The notes beneath the pieces were generated by a model. That model did not search any database and was not told where the DNA came from. It saw only the letters and a list, made by a program, of their open reading frames with translations. A DNA stretch of 64,000 nt from Mobula hypostoma (taxonomy: Eukaryota), in assembly GCF_963921235.1 (NCBI RefSeq), contig NC_086097.1, forward strand, positions 138,882,001 through 138,946,000. Direction: 5' to 3'. Numbering within the stretch: position 1 is the first letter of the stretch; each line of letters begins with the position of its first letter. This document shows positions 13,611 through 26,371 of this stretch, in pieces. A program made the translations under genes and the position numbers.

Positions 13611-15514
13611 TCGCTAAGAATGCTGGTGGGGAGTGGGGTGGGTGGGTTAGAACCAAGAGAATTGGCAGAGTGAAGGGGCAGATCAGCCCCTGTCTGTTGT
13701 ACTGGAGCGGGACAAGTCCCCTACTAGGCTCAATGCAGCATCAGACCACCTTCCAAAGCAGTGTCTGGATCCGTACCAAATCTACTCAAGTGCCCAACAG
13801 TTCATTCAAGGCTTGAGATACTGTATATTCTTTGTGCCACATTCAATTAAAATGCTTTTCCCCCTATGAGAGCACAAGACTTCATCCAACCAAATGTCAG
13901 GGCTTAACGAGCCAGCAAGGCTGATTATCTCAAAGGCTAGAGAAACTCTTGGAGGTGAGAGAGGATTCTGCCCAGTAGCTCATTAAAATGGAACCACAGT
14001 CACTTTGTAGCTACTACGGAGATCAATTATCTCTCTTCTAAGGAGGGAAAACTGTTGGCTGATCAAGCTATCAAGTCACACTTAATTAGGAAACTATCTT
14101 GTTTAGCTCATTATTGTGTCCCTGGAAGAGACGGATGTAGCCAGCTGCATCATTTTCAATAGAAAGCAAGCTTTCAAAGGCTAAGCTGGTCCCGTGTAAG
14201 GAAAGGTTCATTATTCAGACATCTCCAGTCAAGCATGAATAAAGAAAACTCTCAATGTTGCTAGTCCGTCACCCTTCTTCCTGAGGAGCATATCTACGAA
14301 TTGAGCAAAGTTGCAATTATACTTTCCCTACATTATGGGGATTTTCAACCCCAATTCTGTTACACAGAAAACAGAAAGAAAGAACATGGTCCTCAGATGA
14401 CTCCATCATCTTCACAGCCAGTGAAGAGTTCTATAGGCTTGCTCAACATGACCTCATCTCAAATATGAAGGACAAATTAGGCACTGGCTGCACTGACCAC
14501 ATTCTCCACCTTTGCATTGGTGGAGAGCTAAAAGGGTAGGAGGCTGGTATATTTTCAAAAACTTTAAGCAACTTGTTATCCAGTTTAGAAAATGAAAACA
14601 GACTATTGCAGTTTAGCTTTTTTCCTGAACGTGGTACATTGCAAAACCTCAATTCTCCAAAGCATTTATGAATGCCATGTATGGAATATTGTGCTGGAGG
14701 CCAATCACTCCAGAACTGAGGCATCCCACACACTGGAGCTTGTGTGAAAGCCATTACATCCATGGTTTCTCCTTGAACAGAGAAAAATTCTATTCTCATT
14801 GTGAATTACTCACAGAATAAAATGTTAAAGAATTAGCATTGATACTGATCAGTTCACACAGGGTTTTAAAGAGTCTAGGATGAATGAATGCTTTGAATGA
14901 GAAGGTTAGATCAATGTCTTGGTAAATCCTTCCTAATAAGAGATGGGTAGCACAAGCAAGATGCAAACTTCACACACTGGGCTCCATAGAGTTAGGGCAG
15001 CTCCTGTAGAGTACAAGGTTTAAATACATCTAACTTATTGATCAGCTCAGAAGCCCATGAAGTGAGACTTTTAGCCCATGATGCTCTGATACTGCTGAGA
15101 ACTGAAGTGATTTCTATCACATGAGTTTGCCCATTACCTACACCAACAGGAACTCATCATTACTAGTGTTTTAGTGCCCTAACAATTAACGTAAGCATAC
15201 AAACTAGGAACAGAAGGGAACATTCAGTCCTTCATATCTGCTTCATTAGCCGATAGGATTAAAGTTTATCCTATGGCTCAAGTCTGCTTCTTTATAATTC
15301 CGTCATTGATCAACAACTGCCAACTGCAGGCACAGATTCATACAGCACTGAAATAGGTCCTTTGTCCTAGTTGTTTCACACTCACCAACATTCCCACTTA
15401 GGCTACATCTATATGCATGCATTTGGACTATATCCCTCTAAACCTCTATCTATGGACCTATCCAAGTATCCCATCACAGTTATCTGGGTGCAAAATTTCA
15501 AAGAAGTACAGCAT

Positions 15515-15765
15515 TTTGGGATGGTACAGTAGCACACCTCAGTTAAAACATTCTCTCTGTGACCACGTGCTCTTGTTCCCTCCCACAACCCTCAAACATG
15601 CATGTTGTTAGATTAATTGACCACTGTAACTTGTCTCCAGTGTGAAAGTGGATGTTGAATCTTGGGGGAGCTGATGAAAATGTGCGGAGAATTTGTGTAA
15701 ATGATGCTCACCATGGGCCTGATGGGCTTTAGACCTACATACTTCAGCTTTGGATGACTCTATGA
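15515..15765 (+). mobile_element. Degenerate V-domain/HE1-like SINE
   Basis: CTCCCACAACCCTCAAAC..TTAATTGACCACTGTAAC core and GACTCTATG tail. Confidence 0.5.
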
Positions 15766-16109
15766 ATAAACAAATTTCTTTTCATCTAAATCCTAAATGG
15801 TTTATCCCAGAACATTGCACTCTGAAACTGAGGATACAGTAACTTGTCTTTAAATATTTATTTGAAAACATTAATAAGGATAAGTGGCTTTGTCTTGGCT
15901 ATTTCCATGATCTGGGAGATCAGGTCCAAGAATTGACCCATTACTGCGATGTGTAGATGGGACTACCGGCTCTCCCAAGGTTGCCCCAACTCCATACATT
16001 CCATAAATCGGCGTCACGATTCCAGTCCCCTTTTCCCTAATCTCTCCCAGCTTTGCTCCTCACAACTTTGATAAAATTCCCTCAGTAAGCTGCCAATTCT
16101 AACGATAAT

Positions 16110-16635
16110 TGGGATTTACTACTGTCACATGTACCAAGGTACAATGAGATGCTTGTCTTGCATATTGCTCATACAGATCAATCCATTACACAGCGCATTG
16201 AGATAGTACAAGGTCAAAAAATAAGATGCAGACTAAGGTGTAACAGCTACAGAGAAAGTGCAGTGTAGACAGACAACAAAGTGCAAGGTCATAATGAGGT
16301 ACATTGTGAGATCGAGAGTCCATTTTATCATGATAGTCTCATAACAGCTGGGTAGAATCTGACCTTGAGCTTGGTGGTACATGCTTTCAGGCTTTTGTGT
16401 CTCCTACCCGATGGGGGAGGGAGAAGAGAGAATGTCTGAGTTGGCTGGGGCCTTTGATCATGTTGGCTGCTTTACTGAACCACTGAGAAGTGCAGAGAGA
16501 GTCGGAGGGGAGGCTGGTTTCTGTGATGTGCTGAGCAATTTCTACAACTCTTTGCATGTTTCTGTTATCTCAGGCAGAACAGTTGTCATATCAAGTTGTC
16601 ATACATCTACATAGGATGCATCCTATGGTGCATCT
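16110..16635 (-). mobile_element. Rex/L2-like LINE 3' fragment
   Basis: Degenerate; similar to 58148-58490. Confidence 0.5.
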
Positions 16636-16639
16636 GAAT

Positions 16640-18415
16640 AATAGCCCAGCACCCTCTCCCATTGACAATATTTCTTAAATGTTGTTATTATACCCACTCG
16701 ACTACTTTCTCTAGCAGCTCATTCTCTCTATACGTGATCCTCTGCATGAAGAGGTTGCTCCTCAGGTCCCATTTACATCTTACCCCTTTCACCTTAACGC
16801 CACAACTTCAAGTTTTTGGTTCTCTTCCACTGGTAAAAAAAGATAGTGCGCATTCTCCCTCATATAACCCTTGTGATTTTATGCAGCTCTGTAAAGACAC
16901 CTCTCAGTATCCAAAGCTCCAAGGAAAAAATTCCTAGCCTGCCCAATCTGTCTCATAAGTCTCATAAGTCTCCTTTGTACTCTTTCCAGCTTTATGATAT
17001 CTTTCCTATAATGGTGACCAACCCTGCACAGCAGACTTACTGGGTCAAATGGCCCATTTCTGCTCCTGCATTCAAATGTGGCCTCACCAATGTCTTGTAG
17101 AAATGTCACTTAACATCCCAACTTTTATACTCCTTGGCTTGACTGATGAAGACTGGTAATGCCTATTGTCTTCTTCACTACTCTGTCTACCTGTGAGGTC
17201 ACTTCCAGTCAATTATCTTCCAGTACTCCTAAATCCCTCTGGTTCATGACATTCCCCAGATCACTGCTCTGGAGCCCTAGAGCCTCCACTCTCATATATC
17301 CATACAGCCCAGGAACCAGCCCTTTTGCTCACAATGATGTGCCAAACCAATTAAATTAATAATCAAATGGCTAACTAAAAGAATCCCTTCTGCTTACACA
17401 GTGACCATATCCTTCCATTTTCCTTACATTCACGTGCGTATCTAAATGTCTCTGATGTTTCTGCCTCTACCACCACCACAGGGAGCGCATTCCAGGTATC
17501 CACCACTCTCTGTGTTAATAACTTGCCTCTCACATCACCCTTGAAATTAAGCCCTCTCACCTTAAATGCATGCCCTCTGGTATTAGGCATTTCAACCCTT
17601 GAGGAAAGATATTCTATCTCTGCTGCTCATAATCATGTAAACCTCTATCAGATCTCACCTCAGCCTCTGGCGCTCCAGAGAAAACAACCCAAGCTCGTCT
17701 AAGCTGTTTTCATTTTTGTTATAATACTTACCCTCTAATCTAAGCAACATCCTGGTAAACCTCCTCTGCACCCTCTCCAAAGCCTTGACATCCTTCCTAA
17801 AATAGGGCAGACAGAACTGTGTGTAATACAGTATGCAATACTCCAGATACAGCCCGAATAGAGTTTTATAAATCTGCAACATAACTTCCTGACTTTTGAA
17901 CTCAATGCCTCAACTAATAAAAGCAACTATGTCATATTCCTTCTTAACCACCCTTTCTACATGTGCAGCCACTTCCAGGGAGCTATGAACTTAGACTGCA
18001 AGGTCCCTCTGCTCAACATTATGGTCTTGCCCTTAACAGTGTACATTTGACCAATCAACGTGCAACACTTCACTTTCGGCTGGACTAAACTCCAGCTGCC
18101 TTTTCTCCACCCATATCTGCCATTGATCTATATCCTGTGGTATTCATTGCCAGTCTTCTACACTGGCCGCAACACTACCTATCTTCAGATCATCCATCAA
18201 CTTATGAACCCACCCATCTACATTTTCATCCAGGTAATTTATATACTCACAAACAGCAGAGATCCCAGTACAGATCCCTGCAGAATGCCTCTAATGACAG
18301 ACCTCGAGCTAGAATAAGTCCTTCCGACCACCACACTTTGTCTTCTACAGGCAAGCCAGTTCTGAATCCAAATGACCAATTCACCATGGATTCTATGCAT
18401 CTTACACTTCTCACT
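16640..18415 (-). mobile_element. Degenerate CR1 ORF2 fragments (at least two)
   Basis: MLQIYKTL..LEYC..RKDVKALERVQRRFTRM and TRGHAFKVRG..TQRVVDTWNALP motifs. Confidence 0.85.
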
Positions 18416-19770
18416 GTTACGTGATTACACTGTTGTAAGATTATTGAATGGTCATTTAGTATGACAAGATGGATTCTTGACCTCACAATCTACCTCATTA
18501 TGTTCTTGCACTTTATTGTCTATCTGCACTACATTTTCTCTGCAATTGTAACACTTCATTCTGCATTCTGTTATTGTTCCACACTGAACGACCATAATGC
18601 ACCATTGTAATGAAATGATCTATGTTGACAATATGCAAAGCAAGTTTTCAAGACATCTCAGTACTGCAGCGGTTCAAGAAGGCAGCTCATCACCACTAGG
18701 GATGGGCAATAAATGCTGGCATAGCTGGCGACACCCACATCCCGTACATGAATTTTAAAAAATATGACCTATGTCATTAAAGAAGTGATCATGGTAACTG
18801 TGGCAATGGTCATTACCGGTCGCTTTCTCCTTTGCTCCAATTACACCAGTGACTGTCAATTACTTTGGGAAAAGTAAAGAAATCTAAACGAATGCAAATA
18901 TTTTTAATCAATGTTCCTAGCACATGCCACTCAGTGACTCCTGGTCCTGGAAATATTACTGATGTGAAGCCTACCAGGGATGTCTCCTCTCTCAACTTTC
19001 CTCCCATCCGCACGGCTCCTGCTTCTGGATTGTTGGTAAGTCTAATTGCCACAAGGCACCACCCTTAGGCAGCCTTCAGCGAGCTTGTGGGCACCGCCAA
19101 AGGCGGTTTAGTTAAAAACCGGCTCAGTGTGGAATATGATTGTTTCATTTTAAAATTGATGACCAGAGCCAAGAGTTTGTTTTCTTCACCGTCCTCAGTT
19201 TCTTTGAAACTTTCAATAAAAGCATGATAACCCGGGGGAAAGTTGGAGTCTGGATCATTCCCTGCTTGTGGAGGCGGGCACTGCTGGTTTGTTTATTGGC
19301 AGCCTGTACATGTCCAGATACCGTTAGGTAGATCATTGTTAAAGTTCTGTTTCACAGCAGCCTGAAGCTTCAACACTACTCATATCATTTCAGCACCCAT
19401 TTCTTACTTCAGCTTAAACATGTTTTTATAAAGTTTATTGAAAGTGTACCCTCTTGGATGTAAAAATTATACTCTAATGGAGCTGTTTAAAATGATTAAC
19501 AATTGATGGCCAATGTTCAAAGAGAAGCAAAAACAATTAGAGGAACTCAGCAGGTTGCTCCTTTGTTAATAATGAAGTGAGCAGGAAGGAGGTCTTGAAA
19601 GCCTCCGTACAGTCTTGAGAAGCATGGAAGAACGGAACGTCCCCAGAGGCTAGTGGGTAGCCTGCATACCTCTAGTCATTCAAGCCCTGCGCTATGAAAG
19701 TCATGTCCCTAATCTGAACCAGCGTTTCCAGTGCAGAACACAAAGCTCATCCTTCTGGTGAGATGTTAAA

Positions 19771-21755
19771 CATAAAACCATAGGACATAGGTGCAGAATT
19801 AGGCTATTCGGCCACCAAGTCTGCTCCGCAATTCGATCATGGCTGATTTATTTTCCTTCTCAACCCAATTCTGCCTTCTCCCCATAAACTTTGACCACCC
19901 CTTACTAATCAAGAACCTATCAAACTCTGCTTTAAACATACGCGAATCTGTGGAATTCATTGCTACAGATGTTTGTGGCAATGAATTCCACAGGTTCACC
20001 ATCCACCGTTCTACCTTTGTTCTTGGATTGGTTCTTATAAATTTCCACTGATCTTCTTAAATGCCAGTACATTATTCCTTAAATGCAGAGCCCAAAACTG
20101 TGCACAATACTCTAAATATAGTCTGATCAATGCCTTATAAAGCCTCAGGATTATATCATTATATTTAGATTCTAGCCCCCTCAAAATAATTGTTAACAGT
20201 GCATTTGCCTTCCTTCCTACAGACTCAACCTGCAAGTTAATCTTTAAGGATTCCCGCAATAGGATTCCCAAGTCCCTTTCCACCTCCAATTTCTGTATTT
20301 GCTCTGCATTTAGAAAATCTGCTATGGTTTTATTCCTTCTACTAAAGTGCATGATCATACCCTTTCCTAAAGCATCTGCAACCTATTTGCTTATTCTCCT
20401 AATCTGTCCAAATCCTTTTGCAGACTTACTGCTCAACCTATCTTTGAACAACTCTAACATCCAAATCATTACAAATAATGTGGAAAGTTAAAAGTGAAAC
20501 TAAAATCGAACCCAATACAGACCCCTGTGGAGCACCATTAATCACCGACAGCCAACCAGAAAATGTCTTCTTTATCCCCAGTCTTTGTCTTTGGCCAGTC
20601 TATCCATGCTAGTATCTTTCCTTTAATACTATGGAGCGCATATCTAGTTTAGTATCATTGACAAAAGCCTTTTGACAATCTAAGTAAACAACATCCATTG
20701 ATTCTCTTTTGTCTATCCTGCCTATTGTTTCCTCAAGGAATTCCAACAGATTTGTCAGGCAAGATTTTCCCTTAAGGAAACTATGGTGACTTTGTCATGG
20801 TCCGGTCCATGAAGTCTGCATTCTGGTTCATGGTCCAGTCGGTTGACTCCAGACTCCGGGTCTTCTGGCTATCCCTTGTTTCAGTTGGGCTTCATCATAG
20901 GCACCTGATACTTGTCTTGGGGATGGGAATATAAGTGGACCTGGGTTCGAGTGTGGTTGCTGGTTCATTCTGTCATATGAGGGGCGCTGAGAGTGGACCC
21001 AAGTGCAAGACACAGACACTGAAGTACTAGGAACAGGACTTGACTAGAGAGCTGGGACAAGAACACAGACCTGGGCTAGGACATTGGCTAGGCAAGCGGG
21101 ACCAGGACAAGGAACTGGGAACTAGGAGCCTGGGCTGGGACTTCGAGCCGGAGACTGGACTAGGACCCAGAACCTGGGTCTTGACTAGGGCTCGGACCCC
21201 GGAACTAGGCGAGGACATGACGTAGCTACAGGACAGGACATGGCTTGGGTTCTTTCATGGCGTAGCCACGTCATGTCCGCACCTAGTTCCGGGGTCCAAG
21301 CCCTAGTCAAGACCCAGGTTCTGGGTCCTAGTCCACTCTCCGGCTCAGAGTCCAAGCCCGGGCTCCTAGTTCCCAGTTCCTTGTCCTGGTCCCGCTTGCC
21401 TAGCCAATGTCCTAGCTCAAGTCTGTGTTCTTGTCCCAGCTCTCTAGTCAAGTCCTGTTCCTAGTATTTCAGTGTCTGTGTCTTGCATTTGGGTCCACTC
21501 CCAGCACCCCTAATATGACAGAACGAACCAGCACCCACACTTGAACCCAGGGCCACTTATATTCCCATCCCCAAGACGAGCATCAGGTGCCTATGATGAA
21601 GCCCAACTGAAACAAGGGACAGCCAGAAGACCCGGAGTCTGAAGTCCACGGACCGGACCGTGAACCGGAACGCGGACTTCACAGACCGGACCATGACAGA
21701 TTTGGCCTATTTTATCATGTGCCTCCAAGTACCTCGAAGCCTCATCCTTAATAAT
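19771..21755 (-). mobile_element. CR1 LINE (RT 3' part) hosting the palindromic insertion at 20793-21698
   Basis: LRLYKALIRLYLEYCAQFWA and MVNLWNSLPQ motifs; CR1 sequence is continuous across the insertion. Confidence 0.9.
20793..21698. mobile_element. 906-bp palindromic element (438-bp arms, 30-bp loop), TGTCATGG...CCATGACA, 5-bp TSD; probably Gypsy-LTR derived
   Basis: Arms 20793-21230 and 21261-21698 are equal-length reverse complements; flanks GACTT/GATTT; internal TGTCAT/ATGACA ends. Confidence 0.9.
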
Positions 21756-21756
21756 A

Positions 21757-24700
21757 AAACTATAAGACCTTAAAATACAAGAGCAGAATTAGGCCATTTG
21801 ACCCATCAAATCTGTTCTGCCAATTCATCATGGCTGATCCATTTTCCCTCTCAGACCCAGTCTCCTGCCTTTTCCCCATATCCCTTCATGTGCTGACTAA
21901 TCAAGAATCTGTCAACCTCTGCCTTAAAAATACCCAAAGTCTTGGCCTCCACAGCCACACGTGGCAACAAATTCCACAGATTCCCCACTGTCTGGTGAAA
22001 GAAATTCCTACTCACCTCCATTTTAAAGGACGCCCTTCTATTCTGAACTTATATCCTCTGGCCTTAAACTCCCCCACCATAGTAAACATCTTCTCCAGAT
22101 CTGCTCCTTCAAGGCCTATCAATATTTGATAGCTTTCAATTAGGTCACCCCTAATTCTTCTGAATTCCGGTGAATACAAGCCCAGAGCCATCAAATGCTC
22201 TTCATATGACAAGCCTTTCAATCCCAGAATCATTTCTGTGAACACCCTTTGAAACTTCCCCAATGTTAGCACATCCTTTTTTGGATAAGGAGCCAAAACT
22301 GCTCAAAGTACTCCAAGTGGGGCCCTACAGTGCCTCAAAACGACATCATTACTTTTATATTCTAGTCCTCTTGAAATGAATGCTAACATTGCATTTGCCT
22401 TTCTCACCACTAACTCAACCTGCAAATTAATCTTTGGGAATCTTGCACAAGGACATCCAAGTCACTTTTCTCCTCAGATGTTGCATTTTCTCTCCATTTA
22501 TACAATAGTCAACCCTTTCATTTCTTCCACCAAAGTGCATGACCATACACTTCCTGACACTATATTCCATCTGCCACTTCATTGCCCATTTTCCTAATCT
22601 AACCAAGACCTTCTATAGCTGCTTTACTTCCTCAAACCTCCCTGCCCCTCTACCTATACTTGTATCATCTGCAAATATTGCCACAATGCCATCAATTCCA
22701 TCATCCATGACATATAACACCAAAAGAATAGGTCCCAACACAGACCCCTGTACAATACCACTAGTCAATGGCAGCCAACCAGAAAAGGCTCCCTTTATTC
22801 CCACTCTTTGCCTCCTGCCAATCAGCTACTGTTTTATCCACACTAGTATCTTTCCTGTAATACCACTGGCTCATAAATTGTTAAGTAGCACCATGTCTGG
22901 AACCTTGTAAAAGGTGTTGAGAATCCAAGTACACAACATCCAACCAATTCCCCTTTGTCTATCCTGCTTGTTACTTCTTCAAAGAATTCCAATAGATTTG
23001 TCCTGCAAGATTTACCTTTGAGGAAAAGATGCTGTGTATGTCCTATATTATCACGTGTCTTCAAGTTCCCCAAAACCACATCCTTCCCAATTTACTCCAA
23101 CATCTTCCCAACCACTGAGGTCAGACTAACTGGCCTATAGTTTCTTTTCTTTTGCCTCTCTCCCTTAGAACCATAGAACAAAAGAACAATACAGCACAGA
23201 CCCTTCTTGAAGGGTCAAGTGACATGTGCAATTTTTCAATCTTCTGGAACCATTCCAGAGTCTAGTGATTCTTGAAAGACCATTGCTAATGCATAAACAA
23301 TCTCTTTCAGAACCCTGGGGTGTACATCATCTGGCTGAGGTGATTTATCTACCTTCAAACCTTTCAGTTTCCCAAGAACCTTCTGACTAGTAATGGCAAA
23401 TTCACACACTTCTGCATCCTGACACTCCCAAACTTCCACCTTACTGCTAGAGCCTTCTGCAGTGAAGCCTGATGCATGATACAAATTCAGTTCATCTGCC
23501 ATTTCTTTGTCCCTCTTTACAACCTCTCCAGCAGTCCAATGTCCACTCTCGACTCTCTTTTACGCCTTATGTATCTGAAGAAATTTTTAGTATTAATTTT
23601 AAAATTATTGGCTAGTTTACCTTTGTATTCCATCTTTTCCTTCTTAATCGCTTTTTAATTGTTTTCTGTTGGTTTTTAAAAGCTTCCCAATCCTCTAACT
23701 TCCCACTAATTTTTGCTCTATTATATTCTCTGTCTTTGACTTTTTGTTGGCTTTGACTTCTCTTATTTGCCATGGTGTTTCATCTTGCCTTTAGAATACT
23801 TCTTCCTCTTTGGGAGTAGTACTATATCTATCCTGCTCCTTCCAATTTGCTTCCAGAAATTCCAGCCATTGCTGCTCTGCTGTCATCCCTGCCAGTGTTC
23901 TTTTCCAATCGATCTTGGCCAGCTGCTCTCTCATTCCCTTTACTCCACTGTAATACTGATACATCTGACTTTAGCTTCTCCTTCTCACATTGCAGGACAC
24001 ATTCTATCATAGTATGGTTACTGTTCCCCTTGTGTTTCTTTACCTTAAGCTCTCTAATCAATTCCAGTCCAATGCATAACATCCAATCCAGAATAGCCAA
24101 TCCCCTGGTGCACTCAGCCACAAGCTGCCCTAAAAAGCCATCTCATAGGCATTCTAGAAATTGCCCTTCTTGGGATTCAGCACTAACCTGATTTTCCCAA
24201 TATACCTGCATATTGAAATCCCCCCATGATGATTGTAACATCACCCTTTTGGCGTGCATTTTCTATCTCCTGTTATAATTTGTAGACCACATCCCAACTA
24301 ATGTTTGGGGATCCATATATAATTCACATCAGGGTTTTTTTAGCCTTGCAGTTTCTTAGCTCTACGCTCAAAGATTCAATATCTTCTGATCCTATGTCAC
24401 CTTGTTCTAATGATTTGATTTTATTTTTTACCAACAGAGCCACCATTCCCCCCACCCCCGCCTACCTACCTGTCCTTTTGATACAATGTGAATCCTCGGA
24501 TGTTAAGCTCCCAGCTATAATCTTCTTTCCACCACAATTCAGTGATGCCCACAATGTCAAACATGCCAATCTGTAACTGTGCTACAAGTCCATCTACCTT
24601 ATTCCGTATACTGCGCACATTTAAAACACCTTCAGTCCTGTATTTACCCTTTTCCATTTTCTCCATCTTTTACATTGAAACTCACCCTGTTGACTGCAAT

Positions 24701-25445
24701 TATGCCCATCAACAGCCTCTCCTCGCTATCAAGTCTCACTACACACTGTCTCAGTTTGTAAACAGCAATCTTATCCTCAATACTATAACTTTGCTTTTCA
24801 TCACCCTGCCAAATTAGTTTAAATTCTCCCGAACAACTCCAGCAAACATGTCTGCAAGGATATTGGTCCCCCTTGGGTTCGGGGCCAACTCATCCCTTTT
24901 GTATAGGTCATACCTTCCCCAGAAGCGATCCCGATGATCCGTAAATCTGAACCCTTGCCCCCTGTACCAGTTCCTCAGCCATACATTCACCTGTCAATTC
25001 ATCCTATTCTTCCTTTCACGGGGGCATGGCATGAGATTACTACCCTGGAGGACTTGTTTTCCAGCTTTCTACCTGACTCCCTAAAATCTTTCTTGAAGAC
25101 CTCCTCACCTTGTCTACTTATGTCGTTGGTGCGAATATGTACCAAGACTTCTGGCTGCTCACCCTTGCCCTTTGAGTATACCATGGACCCAATTCAAGAC
25201 ATTCCTGACTCTGACACCTGGGAGGCAATATACCATCTAGGTATCTCTATTGTACCCACAGAACCTCGTCTCTGTTCCTCTGACTATAGAATCTCCTGCA
25301 ATCCTCTTCACCTCTCTGCTCTTCTGAGCCACAGCACCAGACTCAATGTCAGAGACCTGGTCACTGTGGCTCCCTCCTGGTAGGTTATCTCCCTCAACAG
25401 TATCTAAAGTTGTATACTTATTATTGAGGCAAACAGCCACAGGGA
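21757..25445 (-). mobile_element. Long decayed CR1 LINE: ORF1 esterase-like part, AP endonuclease and RT
   Basis: IAGDSIVRGTETRFCG and VLVHIRTNDI (ORF1); LNVRSIRNKVD..IVGITELW (endonuclease); GKSCRTNLLEFFEE, QGSVLGP, FADDT (RT). Confidence 0.92.
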
Positions 25446-26371
25446 AACCCGGTTCACAGCACGAGTGGAAACCAGTTGGCCCTTTCTGTCCATAACAGTT
25501 CTTCAAAAGAGCTCTACAATTATTTCTTCCCCCCATAGTTCATTTGATTCATTTTAAAGTCTCTGTTAAATGTTTCCTTGTACATCACAATACATTGCAT
25601 AAAGTCATTTTCTTCTCTCCCCACTAGTTCTTTCCCTTTCATTCCAGGTCCTCTGGTCAATGGCTCTCCTGCTCTGGAAACATTTACTTACTCTAAGCAA
25701 TGCCCTTGGATGCTCTCTATGGAAGATTTCACGACACACCACCACCCTTTCCCTTATCCTTCTCTGCTCTGTTAAAAACAATATATCACGTCCCTGGTTT
25801 CTCCAGCACTAAAACCCCTCACCCCTGGAGCAGATACAGTAAATCTCTTCCACAGCCCCTCTGATCCCAGCTGTGTCCAGCCCTTCTGAAGCTTAACACA
25901 ATGTTTTATAACAATTCTAGCAGAAGGGCAAGAACAAATACTTCTGGCGGAAAAAGATACAGGTTAACTTTCTGCTTTCTCCTCTTCCCATTGTCAGCAT
26001 TTTTAGAATGTACACTGAAGGCAAAGGCAGACATTTAAGGGAAGATTTCTGGAGCTGGGAATAAATCTCATCCATTCATGCTTAGAGAATAAGGCAGCAA
26101 GGGGCTGGAAAAATAATTTTAAAATTGGTTAATCCTAGAATTAAGATTGATTAGATGCAAAGGCTTATTGTGTAAAGCATAGGTCAATGAGCTAAGCATT
26201 CATAAAGGTGTGGTCAAAGATTTTATCAGTGCAGTAAAAGGACCTTAACAGTGCTGTAATGAGTATGGGCAAGGATGCTGCAGAGTTGTAACAGAGCAGG
26301 CAAAGATATTATCAGTGCTAAACTAAGTATGATGTTACAGGCACCAGATTCTGAAGATGCTCAAAATCTTC

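Noticed and set aside
21027..21464. Mirror-image ORF pairs (MTRELGQEHR..)
   Set aside because: By-product of the palindrome; no recognisable protein
20793..21698. Palindrome as an assembly fold-back artefact
   Set aside because: Arms differ by many substitutions, often at CpG, and the element has a TSD within a continuous host
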